Source of the DNA: Gemmatimonadales bacterium
Lineage (GTDB): Bacteria > Gemmatimonadota > Gemmatimonadetes > Gemmatimonadales > GWC2-71-9
DNA: 64,000 bases
Direction: 5' to 3'
NCBI GenBank assembly: GCA_035505915.1
Contig: DATJQI010000011.1
Coordinates: 44,221-108,220, forward strand
Shown: piece by piece, positions 33,453 through 50,116 of the stretch
How positions within the stretch are numbered: position 1 is the first letter of the stretch
How the letters are laid out: each line of letters opens with the position of its first letter
The notes under the pieces: model-generated
Told to the model about the DNA's origin: nothing
Databases searched by the model: none
Seen by the model: the letters and a program-made list of their open reading frames with translations, nothing else
Program-made: the position numbers and the translations under genes

Positions 33453-34401
33453 AGGCTCCCTCGTACCAGGTGACGAACTGCCGGATCCCGTCTTCGATGC
33501 CGACGCGCGGCCGGTAGCCGAGCTCGGCGGCGGACCGCGAGAGGTCGGCGGCCGTGCGTTCCACGTCCCCCGCCTGCATCGGGGCGACGTCCACCCGCGG
33601 CGTGACGCCCAGGGCCGCGCCGATCAGCGCGATGAGGCGGTCGAGCCGCACCCGCCCCCCGCCCCCGATGTTGAAGGCGCGGGATTCGGCGCCGCCCTTG
33701 CGTCCGGTCCAGTCGAGCGCCGCCACCGTTCCGTCGACCGCGTCGGAGATGAAAGTATAGTCGCGTTCCGTCGAGCCGTCTCCGAACATCCGGACGGGCC
33801 GCCCGGCCGCGATGGCCGCGGTGAACCGGTGAATCGCGAGATCGGGGCGCTGCCGCGGCCCGTAGACCGTGAAGAACCGCACGCAGGCGATCCGCAGGCC
33901 GTACAGGTGCGCGAACACCTCCGCCATCAGCTCCGCGGCGCGCTTGGTGGCCGCGTACGGTGAGATCGGGGCCAGCGCCGGGGCTCCCTCCGCGAAGGGG
34001 GCCGGCGTGTCGTTGCCGTAGACGGACGACGAGGACGCCAGGACGACCCGCTTCACGCCGCCCCGCCGGGCCCCGTCCAGGACGCGGGCGGTCGCCCCGA
34101 CATTGGCGATCGTATACCCCGCCGGGTCCTCCAGGGACGGCCGGACGCCCGCCTTGGCGGCCAGGTGCAGGAGTCCGTCGACCCCCTCGAACGGGAGATC
34201 CTGCGCGGCGCAGTCGAGCTCGAGCAGCCGGAACCCGCGCGCCCGGGACAGCGCCGCGAGGTTCCGCTCCTTGATCGCCCGGGGGTAGAAGGCGTCGAAA
34301 TCGTCCACGCCGACGACTTCGTCGCCTTGCGACACCAGCCGCTCACACACGTGCGACCCGATGAACCCCGCGGCGCCCGTCACCAGCCAGCGGCGGCTCA
34401 C
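33436..34401 (-). CDS. NAD-dependent nucleotide-sugar epimerase (UDP-glucuronate 4-epimerase-like)
   Basis: GTG at 34401 (GTGA overlap) gives [17 protein letters not shown]. Catalytic [11 protein letters not shown]. Confidence 0.85.
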   Translation of the reverse strand: MSRRWLVTGAAGFIGSHVCERLVSQGDEVVGVDDFDAFYPRAIKERNLAALSRARGFRLLELDCAAQDLPFEGVDGLLHLAAKAGVRPSLEDPAGYTIANVGATARVLDGARRGGVKRVVLASSSSVYGNDTPAPFAEGAPALAPISPYAATKRAAELMAEVFAHLYGLRIACVRFFTVYGPRQRPDLAIHRFTAAIAAGRPVRMFGDGSTERDYTFISDAVDGTVAALDWTGRKGGAESRAFNIGGGGRVRLDRLIALIGAALGVTPRVDVAPMQAGDVERTAADLSRSAAELGYRPRVGIEDGIRQFVTWYEGAYGSQS

Positions 34402-35333
34402 GTCCGGCGCACGCTCTCGAAGTACGCGATGGTCCGCCGGAGCCCTTCGTCGAGGGGGATCGCGGGCTCCCAGCCGAGGGTGGTCCGGGCGAGCGTGATG
34501 TCGGGCTGCCGGACCTTCGGGTCGTCGGTGGGAAGGGGCCGCTCCACGATGGGGCTGCGGGAGCCGGTCAGCGCGATCACCCGCTCGGCGAGCTGGCGCA
34601 CCGTGAACTCGTTCGGATTGCCGATGTTCACCGGCTGGTTCCCGCCCCGCTCGAAGAGCCGGATGATCCCCTCGATCAGATCGTCCACGTAGCAGAAGGA
34701 CCGCGTCTGATCGCCCCGCCCGTAGACGGTGATCGGCTCGCCCGCCAGCGCCTGGACGATGAAGTTCGACACCACCCGGCCGTCGCGGGGCCGCATCCGC
34801 GGACCGTAGGTGTTGAAGATCCGGATGATGCGCGTGTCGATCTTGTGATACCGGTGGTACGCCATCGTCATCGCTTCGGCGAAGCGTTTGGCTTCGTCGT
34901 AGACGCCGCGCGGGCCCACCGGGTTCACGTTGCCCCAGTAGCTCTCGGGCTGCGGGTGCACCAGCGGATCGCCGTACACCTCGGAGGTGGACGCCAGGAA
35001 GAACCGGGCGCCGGTCGCCTTGGCCAGGCCCAGCGCGTTGTGCGTCCCCAGCGACCCGACCTTCAGGGTCTGGATGGGGAGCTCGAGGTAGTCCACCGGG
35101 CTGGCCGGGCTGGCGAAATGGAAGACGCCGTCCAGCTTGCCTTCGAGGGAAATGAAGGTCGAGACGTCGTGCTTCACGAACGCCCACGCCGGGTTCCCCC
35201 GGAGGTGCTCGATGTTGGCCGGATTGCCGGTGACGAAGTTGTCCATCCCGACGACCTGGTGGCCGCGGGCGATGAGCGCGTCGGAGAGGTGCGAGCCGAG
35301 GAAGCCGGCGGCGCCGGTTACGAGGAGGCGCAT
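34398..35333 (-). CDS. UDP-glucuronate decarboxylase (UDP-xylose synthase-like)
   Basis: 311 aa. [25 protein letters not shown] and [10 protein letters not shown] are typical of UXS-type SDRs. Confidence 0.85.
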   Translation of the reverse strand: MRLLVTGAAGFLGSHLSDALIARGHQVVGMDNFVTGNPANIEHLRGNPAWAFVKHDVSTFISLEGKLDGVFHFASPASPVDYLELPIQTLKVGSLGTHNALGLAKATGARFFLASTSEVYGDPLVHPQPESYWGNVNPVGPRGVYDEAKRFAEAMTMAYHRYHKIDTRIIRIFNTYGPRMRPRDGRVVSNFIVQALAGEPITVYGRGDQTRSFCYVDDLIEGIIRLFERGGNQPVNIGNPNEFTVRQLAERVIALTGSRSPIVERPLPTDDPKVRQPDITLARTTLGWEPAIPLDEGLRRTIAYFESVRRT

Positions 35334-36637
35334 GCGAGGCGGCGGCCGATGCTGTCATAGGTGAATCCGAGGGCGGCCACCCGACCCGGGTCGTACAGAT
35401 TCCGCCCGTCCACGATCAGCGCCTGCTTCATCACGCCTTTCATCCGGGTGAAATCCGGATTCCGGTACTCGAGCCACTCGGTCACGATGGCCAGCGCGTC
35501 GGCGCCTTCGACGGCCGCGTACGCGCTCGGCGCATAGGTGACGCGGTCGCCGAGGTGCGCCCGCGCGGTCCGCATGGCCTCGGGGTCGTGCACGCGCACG
35601 GTCACGCCCGCCTCGAGCAGGGCGTCCGCCAGCACCAGCGCCGGGCTTTCCCGCACGTCGTCCGTTTCCGCCTTGAAGGCGAGGCCCCACACCGCGACGG
35701 TCCGCCCGCGGAGACCCCGCGGGAACTGCTTCACGAGCTTGTCGAACAGGAGGCGCTTCTGCCGTTCGTTCGCGGCCTCCACGGCCTTGAGCACGTCCAG
35801 CGAGACGCCCCGGTCGTCGCCGGTCTTGATGAGCGCCTTCACGTCCTTCGGGAAGCAGGAGCCGCCGTACCCGGGCCCGGGGAAGAGGAACGCCGGTCCG
35901 ATGCGGCGGTCCGAGCCGATGCCTTTGCGGACCAGGGTGACGTCGGCGCCCACGGCCTCGCAGAGGCGGGCGACCTGGTTCATGAACGAAATGCGGGTCG
36001 CGAGCATCGCGTTCGCCGCGTACTTCGTCATCTCGGCCGACGGGATGTCCATGAAGATCAGCGGATTCCCGGTGCGGACGAACGGCGCGTAGAGCTCCTC
36101 GAGGGTGCGGGCGGTCTCGTCGGCGTCCACGCCGACCACCACGCGATCGGGCTTCATGAAGTCCTCGACCGCCGCCCCTTCCTTCAGGAACTCGGGATTG
36201 GAGCACACGTGGAAGGGCGTGCCGGTGTGCCTCGCGATCTCCGCCCGGACCTTCTCCGCGGTGCCGACCGGGACCGTGCTCTTGGTGATGACGATCTTGG
36301 GGCGGTTCATGTGCTGGCCGATGGTGCGCGCCACGGCGAGCACGTGCTGCAGATCGGCCGAGCCGTCTTCGTCGGGGGGGGTGCCGACCGCGATGAACAG
36401 GATGTCGGAGCGCTCCACGGCGCCGGCGACGTCCGTGGTGAACGAGAGCCGCCCGTGCGCCTGGTTCCGCTCGACCAGGGGCTCGAGGCCCGGCTCGTAG
36501 ATGGGCAGCTCGTTCTTCTTCAGCCGGTCGATTTTGCCCGCGTCGACGTCGGCGCACACCACCGCGTTGCCGGTCTCCGCCAGGCACGCGCCGACGACCA
36601 GCCCCACGTACCCGGTGCCGACGACCCCCACGTTCAC
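35318..36637 (-). CDS. ugd: UDP-glucose 6-dehydrogenase
   Basis: GTG at 36637 (GTGA overlap) gives [24 protein letters not shown]. Also [14 protein letters not shown] and the catalytic GGSCFPKD. Confidence 0.92.
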   Translation of the reverse strand: MNVGVVGTGYVGLVVGACLAETGNAVVCADVDAGKIDRLKKNELPIYEPGLEPLVERNQAHGRLSFTTDVAGAVERSDILFIAVGTPPDEDGSADLQHVLAVARTIGQHMNRPKIVITKSTVPVGTAEKVRAEIARHTGTPFHVCSNPEFLKEGAAVEDFMKPDRVVVGVDADETARTLEELYAPFVRTGNPLIFMDIPSAEMTKYAANAMLATRISFMNQVARLCEAVGADVTLVRKGIGSDRRIGPAFLFPGPGYGGSCFPKDVKALIKTGDDRGVSLDVLKAVEAANERQKRLLFDKLVKQFPRGLRGRTVAVWGLAFKAETDDVRESPALVLADALLEAGVTVRVHDPEAMRTARAHLGDRVTYAPSAYAAVEGADALAIVTEWLEYRNPDFTRMKGVMKQALIVDGRNLYDPGRVAALGFTYDSIGRRLACASS

Positions 36638-37941
36638 GCGGGCTTCTCGCCCCGGGGCAAGACGTGCCTGGTGTCCACCACGCGGCGGGCCGACCTGGCG
36701 ATCAGGCGGTAGTCCACGGCCGTGTGATCGGTGACGATGATGACGCAGTCCGAGCCGGACAGCGTCTCCGCGGTGAGCGGCACGGAGGTGAGATCGAGCT
36801 TGTCCTCGTGCAGGCTGGCGATGTGCGGATCGTGGTACGACACGTGCGCGCCCCGCTGCTCCAGGAGCTTGATCACGTCGAGCGCGGGACTCTCCCGGAT
36901 GTCGTCGATGTCCTTCTTGTAGGCGACCCCCACCACCAGGATCTTGCTCCCCCGCACCGCCTTGCCCTGATCGTTGAGCCCGTCGGCGACCTTGGTCACC
37001 CAGTATTCGGGCATCTCCGCGTTCATCTCGCCCGCCAGCTCGATGAACCGGGTCTTGTAGTTGAGGGTCCGCATCTTCCACGCGAGGTAGTGCGGGTCGA
37101 GCGGAATGCAGTGGCCGCCCACGCCGGGACCGGGCGTGAACTTCATGAAGCCGAACGGCTTGGTGGACGCGGCTTCGATGACCTCCCACACGTCGACGCC
37201 CAGCTTGTCGCAGACGATGGCCATCTCGTTCGCGAGCCCGATGTTCACCGACCGGAAGGTGTTCTCCAGGATCTTGACCAGCTCCGCGGCCTCGGGCGAG
37301 GACACCGGCACCAGCGTGTCGATGGCGGGCTGATAGAGCGCCACGGCCGCGGCGCGGCAATGCGCGGTGATGCCCCCCACCACCTTGGGCGTGTTCCGCG
37401 TGTTGTACTTCGGATTGCCCGGGTCCACCCGCTCGGGGGAGAACGCCAGAAAGAAGTCCACGCCCACCTTCATCCCGGTGGATTCGAGGGCCGGCAGCAT
37501 CAGCTCCCGCGTCGTGCCCGGATACGTGGTGGACTCGAGGATGATCAGCTGGCCCTTCCGCAGGGTCTTCTTGACCGACTCGGTCGCGGCCAGGACGTAG
37601 CTGACGTCGGGATCCTTGGTCTTGGAGAGCGGCGTCGGCACGCAGATGGAGATGACGTCCGGCTCGCCCATCCGGGACAGATCGGTGGTGGCGGAGAACT
37701 TCTTCGCCTTCACCGCGTCCGCCACGGCCGGAGTGGGCACGTCCTGAATGTGGGACTTCCCGGCGTTCAGGCCGTCCACCGCGCGCTGGTTCACGTCGAA
37801 CCCGATCACGCGGTACCCCGCGCGCACCAGCTCCATCGCGAGCGGGAGGCCGACGTAGCCGAGGCCGACGATGCCGAAGACGGCGCTCCGGTCGCGCGCC
37901 TTGGCGATCAGCGCGTCGACCGGCGTGGCGGCGGGATTCAC
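36634..37941 (-). CDS. UDP-N-acetyl-D-hexosamine 6-dehydrogenase (WbpA/WecC-like nucleotide-sugar dehydrogenase)
   Basis: 435 aa. VGLGYVGLPLA, FSPERVDPGN, GVGGHCIPLDP. Sits next to WbpB/E/D-like genes. Confidence 0.85.
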   Translation of the reverse strand: MNPAATPVDALIAKARDRSAVFGIVGLGYVGLPLAMELVRAGYRVIGFDVNQRAVDGLNAGKSHIQDVPTPAVADAVKAKKFSATTDLSRMGEPDVISICVPTPLSKTKDPDVSYVLAATESVKKTLRKGQLIILESTTYPGTTRELMLPALESTGMKVGVDFFLAFSPERVDPGNPKYNTRNTPKVVGGITAHCRAAAVALYQPAIDTLVPVSSPEAAELVKILENTFRSVNIGLANEMAIVCDKLGVDVWEVIEAASTKPFGFMKFTPGPGVGGHCIPLDPHYLAWKMRTLNYKTRFIELAGEMNAEMPEYWVTKVADGLNDQGKAVRGSKILVVGVAYKKDIDDIRESPALDVIKLLEQRGAHVSYHDPHIASLHEDKLDLTSVPLTAETLSGSDCVIIVTDHTAVDYRLIARSARRVVDTRHVLPRGEKPA

Positions 37942-38942
37942 AGAGTCACCGGCGTGCCGCCGGCCGCGAGAGACCGGGACGCGCCTTCGAGCACCTGCAC
38001 CACCCGCACGCCGTCGGCCGCGCCGGCGCGCGGCGCCTCGGCGCCGCGGGCGACGCGCACGAAGTGCGAGAGCTCGGCCGCCAGGGGCTCCACGTTCGGA
38101 AGGCGCGGGATGAAGATGTCCCCTTCCCGGATGGACAGGCTTTCACCGAACGACGCGTACTCGGGTGGCCGCTCCACGCCCTTGTCGTAGATCCTGAGCT
38201 TTTCGCGGGCTTCCATATCGTCGAAGACCGCCATCTTGGTGGCTCCCACAACGGTCAACTTTCGCTCCTTATGAGGGTCGAGCCACGAGAGCTGGACGTG
38301 CGCCAGCACTCCGCTCGCGAATTCCATCGTCAAGAACACCACGTCCTCGACCTTGGGCTGCAGATAGCAATGCCCCTGCGCCGCCACCCGCACCGGCGCC
38401 TCCCCCAGCACGTCCAGTGCCACCGAGACGTCGTGGGGGCCGAAGCTCCAGAGCGCGTTCTCGTCGGCCCGGACCTGTCCCAGGTTGACCCGGAGTCCGT
38501 ATAGATAATAGATCCGGCCCAGGTCTCCGCCGCGGACGAGCGCTTTGAGACGTTCCACCGCCGCGTGATAGACGAGCAGATGGCCGGCGAGGACGGGCAC
38601 CCGTTTCGCCGCCGCCGCATCGGCCACCCGTTGCGCATCCGCCACGGACAGCGCGAACGGTTTCTCCACCAGACACGGCTTCCCGGCGGCGATGGCGCGC
38701 AGCGCCAGCTCCGCGTGGACCTTGGCCGGCGCCGCGATCACCACCGCCTCGGACGCCGCGAGGAGCGCGTCGACGTCCGGGGTCACGAGCGTGCCGGGGT
38801 ACTGGCGCGCCAGTTTCTGCCGGGTCGCCTCCGACGTATCGCAGACCGCCGCCAGCTCTCCGTCGGCCAGACCCGCGACGGTGCGGACGTGGTTCCGTCC
38901 CCACGCGCCCGCGCCGATCACGCCGATCTTCAGACGACTCAC
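37938..38942 (-). CDS. Gfo/Idh/MocA-family oxidoreductase (WbpB-like)
   Basis: GTG at 38942 (GTGA overlap) gives [25 protein letters not shown] motif present. Confidence 0.85.
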   Translation of the reverse strand: MSRLKIGVIGAGAWGRNHVRTVAGLADGELAAVCDTSEATRQKLARQYPGTLVTPDVDALLAASEAVVIAAPAKVHAELALRAIAAGKPCLVEKPFALSVADAQRVADAAAAKRVPVLAGHLLVYHAAVERLKALVRGGDLGRIYYLYGLRVNLGQVRADENALWSFGPHDVSVALDVLGEAPVRVAAQGHCYLQPKVEDVVFLTMEFASGVLAHVQLSWLDPHKERKLTVVGATKMAVFDDMEAREKLRIYDKGVERPPEYASFGESLSIREGDIFIPRLPNVEPLAAELSHFVRVARGAEAPRAGAADGVRVVQVLEGASRSLAAGGTPVTL

Positions 38943-40054
38943 TGGTAGAAGCTCTTGACCGCGTCCACCACCGCGTGCTTCTGCGCGTCCGTCAGCTCGG
39001 GATAGATGGGCAGCGAGATGACCTCGTGCGCCGCCCGTTCCGCGCGGGGCAGACGTCCCGGCGCGTACTTGAGATCCGCGAAGCAGGGCTGGAGATGGAG
39101 CGGCACGGGATAGTAGACCGCGTGGCCGATGCCCTTCTCCTTGAGGTGCGCCTGCAGGCCGTCCCGGCGCTCCACCCGCAGCGTGTACTGATGGAAGATG
39201 TGCTCGTTGGCCGGATCGACGACCGGTGTGCGGACCGTGCCGAGCCCCTTGAAGGCGCGGTCGTACCAGGCGGCGTGCTCGCGCCGCTTGGCGGACCACG
39301 ACGCCAGGTGCGGCAGCTTCGCCAGGAGGAGCGCCGCCTGCAGGGTGTCGAGTCGGGAATTGGTCCCGACTTCCTCGTGGTGGTACTGCTTGGCCCCGCC
39401 GTGCAGCCGCATCTTCCTGAGGCGGTCGGCCGCCGCGGCGTCCGACGTGACGATCATCCCGCCGTCGCCCCAGGCGCCCAGGTTCTTGCTGGGGAAGAAC
39501 GAATAGCCCGTGGCCCAGCCGAGCTCCCCGGCCATCCGCCACTCGCCGTCGATCTTCCGGCGGGCGCCGATGGCCTGCGCGGCGTCCTCGATGACCGGGA
39601 TCCCGCGCTTCTGCGCGATGCGCAGCAGGCGCTCCATCGCCGCCATCTGGCCGTAGAGGTGCACCGGCATGATGGCCCGGGTGCGCGGCGTGAGCGCCGC
39701 CTCGACGGCGGCGGGGTCGATGTTGAACGTGTCGGGGTCGATGTCCACGAACACCGGCGTCCCGCCGGCGTTGTGGATGGTCCCCGCGGTCGCGAAGAAC
39801 GTGAAGGGGGTGGTGATGACCTCGTCCCCCGGCTTCAGGTTCAGGGCCTTGAGCGGCAGGAGCAGGGCGTCGGTGCCCGAGGCGCAGCCGATCCCGTATT
39901 GCGCGTGGGACAGGGCGGCGATCTCGGCCTCGAGCTTGGGAATGGCCGGGCCCATGATGAACTGCTGGGCCTCGATCACGGCGTGGATGGCCGCGAGGGT
40001 TTCGCCCTTGATGGTCTGGTATTGGGCCACCAGGTCCAGCATCGGTACGTTCAC
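38939..40054 (-). CDS. DegT/DnrJ/EryC1-family PLP aminotransferase (WbpE-like)
   Basis: [11 protein letters not shown], and [16 protein letters not shown] carrying the PLP lysine. GTG at 40054 (GTGA overlap), or ATG at 40042. Confidence 0.88.
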   Translation of the reverse strand: MNVPMLDLVAQYQTIKGETLAAIHAVIEAQQFIMGPAIPKLEAEIAALSHAQYGIGCASGTDALLLPLKALNLKPGDEVITTPFTFFATAGTIHNAGGTPVFVDIDPDTFNIDPAAVEAALTPRTRAIMPVHLYGQMAAMERLLRIAQKRGIPVIEDAAQAIGARRKIDGEWRMAGELGWATGYSFFPSKNLGAWGDGGMIVTSDAAAADRLRKMRLHGGAKQYHHEEVGTNSRLDTLQAALLLAKLPHLASWSAKRREHAAWYDRAFKGLGTVRTPVVDPANEHIFHQYTLRVERRDGLQAHLKEKGIGHAVYYPVPLHLQPCFADLKYAPGRLPRAERAAHEVISLPIYPELTDAQKHAVVDAVKSFYQ

Positions 40055-40641
40055 GACGATCTCCGTGGGGGCTGGGTGTTGCGAAGCTGGCCGCCGGCCT
40101 CGGCATAGGCGGCGCCGCAGGTGGCGCAGGTGGCCGTGCCGGCGGTGACCGCCAGACGCTCCCCGCACTGGCACATCCAGCCGACGCGGCGGGCCGGGAC
40201 GCCCACCATCAGGCCGTACGCCGGCACGTCCGACGTGACCACGGCCCCGGCGCCGATGAAGGCGTACTCTCCCAGCGTCGTGCCGCACACGATCGTGGCG
40301 TTGGCGCCGATGGAGGCGCCGCGCTTCACCACCGTCGGGCGGTACTCGTGCTTGCGGGACACGTGGCTGCGGGGGTTGAGCACGTTGGTGAACACGCAGG
40401 ACGGCCCGCAGAAGACGTCGTCCTCGAGGGTGACGCCCTCGTAGATCGAGACGTTGTTCTGGATCTTGACGTTGTTCCCGATCCGGGTGCCCGGCATCAC
40501 GACCACGTTCTGGCCGAGGCTCGAGCGCTCCCCGATCACCGCGCCCTTCATCACGTGGCAGAAGTGCCAGACCTTGGTGCCGGCGCCGATCACCGCGCCC
40601 TCGTCGACGAAGCTCGAGGGATGGACGTACGCGTCGGCCAT
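40051..40641 (-). CDS. left-handed beta-helix N-acetyltransferase (WbpD-like) with a C-terminal Cys4 tail
   Basis: 196 aa. Hexapeptide repeats ([37 protein letters not shown]). Tail is [10 protein letters not shown]...CATCG. The ATG overlaps the murB stop by 1 nt (TGATG). Confidence 0.85.
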   Translation of the reverse strand: MADAYVHPSSFVDEGAVIGAGTKVWHFCHVMKGAVIGERSSLGQNVVVMPGTRIGNNVKIQNNVSIYEGVTLEDDVFCGPSCVFTNVLNPRSHVSRKHEYRPTVVKRGASIGANATIVCGTTLGEYAFIGAGAVVTSDVPAYGLMVGVPARRVGWMCQCGERLAVTAGTATCATCGAAYAEAGGQLRNTQPPRRSS

Positions 40642-41510
40642 CAGCCGATCACCCGCACTTCCGGCTCGAGCTCCACGCCCAGCTTCTTCTGCACCGTCTT
40701 CCGGACGTGCTCCATCAGCTTGAGCACGTCGGCGGCGGTCGCGGCGCCGGTGTTGATGAAGTAGTTCGCGTGCATCGTGGACACCTGGGCGCCGCCGACG
40801 GTGTGGCCCTTCAGGCCGGCCTCGTCGATCAGCATCCCGGCGGTCCGGGTGAGGCTGGGATTCCTGAAGACCGAGCCGCAGCACGGCTGGTCGTACGGAG
40901 TCCCCGCCTTCCGCCAGCGGAACAGGCGGCTCTGCAGCTCCTTGAGCTTGGCGGGAGACTCCTCGCCGAGCACCAGCTTGGCCTCGAGCACGATCACCGG
41001 CCCGAGGTTCGACGCCCGGTACTTGAACGAGATCTGTTTGCGGCTCAGCTGCTTGATCTTCCCCTTGGCGTCCATCACGGTGACTTCCGTGACGACCTCG
41101 GAGAACTCCGCGCCGTGGCAGCCGGCGTTCATGTAGATCCCGCCGCCCACGGTGCCCGGAATGCCCACGAACCGCTCGACGCCCACGAAGCCCGCCTCGG
41201 CCGTGCGCCGGGCGAGGATCGGCGTGGGCATCCCCGCGCCGATGATGGCGGTGGCGCCCTTCATCTCGAAGCGGTCGAGCCCCTTCCCCATCCGGATCAC
41301 GAGGCCGGGGAATCCGGCGTCCTTCACCAGGACGTTGGAGCCGAGGCCCAGGACGACCCACGGCAGATTGCGGGTCTGCGCCAGCTCGAGCCCGCGCTGC
41401 ACGTCTTCGACGTCGGCGGGGAACAGCATGTAGCGCGCCGGTCCGCCGATCCGGTAGGTGGTGTACCGGGCCAGCGGCTCCTGTTCGAGCAGCCGGCCGC
41501 GGAACTTCAC
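40641..41510 (-). CDS. murB: UDP-N-acetylenolpyruvoylglucosamine reductase
   Basis: [31 protein letters not shown]-type motifs. GTG at 41510 gives a normal-length N-terminus. ATG at 41639 would add 43 basic/Pro-rich residues and overlap carB by 88 nt. Confidence 0.88.
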   Translation of the reverse strand: MKFRGRLLEQEPLARYTTYRIGGPARYMLFPADVEDVQRGLELAQTRNLPWVVLGLGSNVLVKDAGFPGLVIRMGKGLDRFEMKGATAIIGAGMPTPILARRTAEAGFVGVERFVGIPGTVGGGIYMNAGCHGAEFSEVVTEVTVMDAKGKIKQLSRKQISFKYRASNLGPVIVLEAKLVLGEESPAKLKELQSRLFRWRKAGTPYDQPCCGSVFRNPSLTRTAGMLIDEAGLKGHTVGGAQVSTMHANYFINTGAATAADVLKLMEHVRKTVQKKLGVELEPEVRVIG

Positions 41511-41551
41511 CTTCGGGGCGGGCGGCGGGGGCGCCGCGGGCTTGGACGCCT

Positions 41552-47028
<5,477 letters not shown>

Positions 47029-47030
47029 AG

Positions 47031-47064
47031 AGAAAAGGGGACCCGTCGGGGTCCCCTGGTGTGT
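47031..47064. terminator. intrinsic terminator shared by convergent rplQ and rpmB
   Basis: Stem GGGGACCC (47037..47044), loop GTCG, stem GGGTCCCC (47049..47056). On the minus strand it is followed by TTTTCTCTT; on the plus strand by TGGTGTGT. Confidence 0.7.
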
Positions 47065-47086
47065 CACCGCCCGCCCCGCCGCTCGC

Positions 47087-47443
47087 TCACTCACTCAGCA
47101 GTTCGATCCGGGCCACGTCCGCGCCGTCTCCGACGCGGTGCCCCAGCTTGACGATGCGCGTGTAGCCGCCCGGCCGCGCCGCGAAGCGCTTGCCCAGCTC
47201 GGCGAACAGGCGATGGCTCACTTCCTTGTCGGCGATCCGCCGCTCCACCAGCCGGCGGGCGTGCAGATCGCCCCGCCGCGCGAGCGTGATGAGCCGCTCC
47301 GCGAAGGGCCGCAGCTCCTTCGCCTTGGCCTCGGTGGTGACGATGCGGTCGTGCCGGAAGAGGGACGTCGCCATGTTGTTCAGCGTCGCCTTCTTGTGGC
47401 TCGAGGTGCGGGAGAGCTGCCGGCCCTTGGCGCGATGCCGCAT
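47087..47443 (-). CDS. rplQ: 50S ribosomal protein L17
   Basis: MRHRAKGRQLSRTSSHKKATLNNMATSLFRHDRIVTT. Confidence 0.96.
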   Translation of the reverse strand: MRHRAKGRQLSRTSSHKKATLNNMATSLFRHDRIVTTEAKAKELRPFAERLITLARRGDLHARRLVERRIADKEVSHRLFAELGKRFAARPGGYTRIVKLGHRVGDGADVARIELLSE

Positions 47444-48507
47444 TACTCCTCCTCACCCACCGCGGCCTGCGCCATCGGGGGCACGCCCGGATCGAGGATC
47501 CGGATGTCGCCGGCGGCCGTCTCTTCGAACCGCATCCCGAAGTTCAGCCCTTCCCGCCGCAGCAGGTCGGCGATTTCGCCCAGCGCCTTCTCGCCGACGT
47601 TCTTGACCTTCAGGAGGTCGGTTTCGGCGTGCTGCACCAGGTCGCCCAGCGTGCGGATGTTGGAGTTCTTGAGCGAATTCACGGAGCGGACCGAGAGCCC
47701 GACGTCGTCGATGCTCCGGTCGAGCAGCTCCTTGAGCCGCCCGGGCGCGGCGGTGCCGCCGTTGGACGACGGCTCGGCCGTGACGGTGGGTACCTTGCCG
47801 AAATCCACGAAATACCGGAAGTGCTCGTGCGCGAGGGCGGCGGCGTAGGCCACCGCGTCCTCGGGGCTGATGGTGCCGTTGGTTTCCACGGACAGCGTCA
47901 GCCGGTCGTAGTCGGTCCGCTGGCCCACGCGGGTCTCGGCCACGGTGAAGTTGGCGCGGCGGACCGGGTTGTAGATCGAGTCGATCCGCACCACGTCCAC
48001 CGACAAGGTCCGGTCGACGGGATGCTGCTCCGCTTCCACGTAGCCGCGGCCCTTGTTCACGTACAGCTCGCCGCTCATCTCCTTGTCGTCCTGGATCGTG
48101 AACAGGAGCTGATCGGGGTTGACCACCGTCACGGCGCCGTGGGACTCGATGTCCCGGGCGTAGACGGGGCCGGCCTTCTCGCGCTTGATGTGCAGCACCG
48201 CTTCATCGGCGTCGGGGGCCAGCACCAGCGTCAGCTGCTTCAGGCGCTGGATGATCTGATGGACGTCTTCCACCACGCCCGGGATGGTCTGGTGCTCGTG
48301 CACCACCCCGTCCAGGCGGAACGCCCACACGGCCGCGCCGCGGAGCGAGGACAGGAGCATCCGGCGGAGCGAGTTCCCCAGGGTGTATCCGTAGCCGCGC
48401 TCCAGAGGCTGCAGCCGGAACTCGGCGGCGTTCGGCGCATCCTCCCGCTTGGTCATTTCGACCACGTGCGGGCGGACCAGGCCGGTCAAATCGAGAGTCG
48501 TCATCAC
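47443..48507 (-). CDS. rpoA: DNA-directed RNA polymerase alpha subunit
   Basis: 354 aa with N-terminal and C-terminal domains (LGNSLRRMLLSS; VRSVNSLKNSNIRTLGDL). Start is GTG at 48507 or ATG at 48504 (GTGATGA junction with rpsD). Confidence 0.96.
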   Translation of the reverse strand: MMTTLDLTGLVRPHVVEMTKREDAPNAAEFRLQPLERGYGYTLGNSLRRMLLSSLRGAAVWAFRLDGVVHEHQTIPGVVEDVHQIIQRLKQLTLVLAPDADEAVLHIKREKAGPVYARDIESHGAVTVVNPDQLLFTIQDDKEMSGELYVNKGRGYVEAEQHPVDRTLSVDVVRIDSIYNPVRRANFTVAETRVGQRTDYDRLTLSVETNGTISPEDAVAYAAALAHEHFRYFVDFGKVPTVTAEPSSNGGTAAPGRLKELLDRSIDDVGLSVRSVNSLKNSNIRTLGDLVQHAETDLLKVKNVGEKALGEIADLLRREGLNFGMRFEETAAGDIRILDPGVPPMAQAAVGEEE

Positions 48508-49139
48508 TTGGAGTAGAGCTCGACGATGAGCTGTTCTTGCGCCGCGACCGGAATGGCGTCACGGGTGGGCCGCTCGGTCATCTTGCCGAGGACCTTGTCG
48601 CTGTCCACCTGAATCCAGCTGACCGGCTGGCCGCGGCCGGCGAGCTCGAGGGCCGCCTTGACCAGGACCAGCTCGCGGCTCGCGTCGGAGACGCGGACTT
48701 CGTCGCCGGGCCGGATGCGGTAGGACGGAATGTCGACGGTCCGACTGTTCACCAGGATGTGCCGGTGGCGCACCAGCTGGCGCGCCTGCCGGCGCGACGC
48801 CGCGAACCCCATCCGGTACACGATGTTGTCGAGCCGCGACTCGAGCGCGACGAGCAGCGCTTCGCCGGTGACGCCGGGCTCACGCAGCACGCGCTCGAAT
48901 ACATTGCGGAACTGGCGCTCGGAGAGCCCGTAGATGCGCTTCACCTTCTGCTTCTCGCGCATCTGCTTGGCGTACTCCGACGCCTTGCGCCGCCGCCCCG
49001 TGCCCTGGCCGTGCTGGCCCGGCGCGTAGGCGCGGCGTTCGATGGCGCACTTCTCGGTGAGGCAGCGCGCCCCCTTCAGAAACAGCTTGGTGCCCTCGCG
49101 ACGGCACAGCTTGCAGGCCGGTCCCGTATACCGAGCCAT
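48504..49139 (-). CDS. rpsD: 30S ribosomal protein S4
   Basis: MARYTGPACKLCRREGTKLFLKGARC... Confidence 0.96.
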   Translation of the reverse strand: MARYTGPACKLCRREGTKLFLKGARCLTEKCAIERRAYAPGQHGQGTGRRRKASEYAKQMREKQKVKRIYGLSERQFRNVFERVLREPGVTGEALLVALESRLDNIVYRMGFAASRRQARQLVRHRHILVNSRTVDIPSYRIRPGDEVRVSDASRELVLVKAALELAGRGQPVSWIQVDSDKVLGKMTERPTRDAIPVAAQEQLIVELYSK

Positions 49140-49142
49140 GGA

Positions 49143-49535
49143 TCAGACCCGCCGCTTCTTGGGCGGCCGGCACCCATTGTGGGGAATCGGCGTGACGTCG
49201 CGGATGGAGCGGATCTGCAGTCCGGCGGTGGCGAGCGCCTGAATGGCCGACTCGCGGCCGGAGCCGGGACCCTGCACGCGCACGTGAACCCGCTTGACGC
49301 CGAGCGCCAGCGCTTCCCGCGCCGCCTGCTCCGCGGCGACGGTGGCGGCGAACGGCGTGGACTTCTTCGATCCCTTGAACCCGGCCTTGCCCGCCGAACC
49401 CCAGGTGATCGCGTTGCCGTGCGAGTCGGTGATGGTGATGAGCGTGTTGTTGAACGTGGCGGTGATGTGCGCCACGCCCTCCGCTTCCACGACTTTCTTG
49501 GCGCGCTTGGCGCCCGGAGCTTTCGCCTGAGCCAT
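49143..49535 (-). CDS. rpsK: 30S ribosomal protein S11
   Basis: [18 protein letters not shown]...[13 protein letters not shown]. Confidence 0.96.
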   Translation of the reverse strand: MAQAKAPGAKRAKKVVEAEGVAHITATFNNTLITITDSHGNAITWGSAGKAGFKGSKKSTPFAATVAAEQAAREALALGVKRVHVRVQGPGSGRESAIQALATAGLQIRSIRDVTPIPHNGCRPPKKRRV

Positions 49536-49919
49536 TTACTTTTTCAGGGCGGGCTTCTTCTTGCCCGCGATCGCGCGCCGCGGTCCCTTCTTCGTGCGCG
49601 CATTGGTGTGCGTGCGCTGACCGCGCACGGGGAGATTCTTGCGGTGCCGCCCGCCCCGGTACGTGCCGATGTCCATCAACCGCTTGATGTTCATCGCCAC
49701 TTCGGTGCGGAGCGCGCCCTCGACCTTGTAATCCCGTTCGATCACCTGGCGGAGCCGCGCGACTTCCGCGTCCCGCAGGTCGCGCACGCGCGCGTCCGGG
49801 CTCACCCCGGTCTCCGCGAGGATGCGCTTCGCGTTCGACGGCCCCACCCCGTAGATGTAGGGGAGCGCGTACTGGATCTTCTTGTCGCGTGGCAGGTCCA
49901 CGCCGGCAATACGTGCCAT
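49536..49919 (-). CDS. rpsM: 30S ribosomal protein S13
   Basis: ATG at 49919 gives [26 protein letters not shown]. The 20 upstream codons of the track ORF were dropped. Confidence 0.95.
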   Translation of the reverse strand: MARIAGVDLPRDKKIQYALPYIYGVGPSNAKRILAETGVSPDARVRDLRDAEVARLRQVIERDYKVEGALRTEVAMNIKRLMDIGTYRGGRHRKNLPVRGQRTHTNARTKKGPRRAIAGKKKPALKK

Positions 49920-49923
49920 CGAC

Positions 49924-50040
49924 TTAGCCCTGCCGCTGTTTGTGTTTGGGATTGCGCTTGCAGATGACCCGGACCACACCCCGGCGCTTGATCACCTTGC
50001 AATGCTCGCAGATCGGCTTGACGCTCGTGCGCACCTTCAA
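49924..50040 (-). CDS. rpmJ: 50S ribosomal protein L36
   Basis: Not in the ORF track. TTG at 50040 followed by [37 protein letters not shown] and TAA at 49926..49924. GGGAG lies 12 nt upstream. Confidence 0.9.
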   Translation of the reverse strand: MKVRTSVKPICEHCKVIKRRGVVRVICKRNPKHKQRQG

Positions 50041-50078
50041 AAGACCGTCTCCCGGCAAAGATTCTGGTTAAGTCTTGA

Positions 50079-50107
50079 ACAATACCCGGGCTCGTAACCT
50101 CACGCAA
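50079..50107 (-). promoter_or_regulatory. candidate sigma70-type promoter for rpmJ-rpsM-rpsK-rpsD-rpoA-rplQ
   Basis: Minus strand reads TTGCGT (50107..50102), a 17-nt spacer, then TATTGT (50084..50079). It sits directly after the pyrF stop and about 38 nt upstream of the rpmJ TTG. Confidence 0.4.
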
Positions 50108-50116
50108 GGGGCGCGA

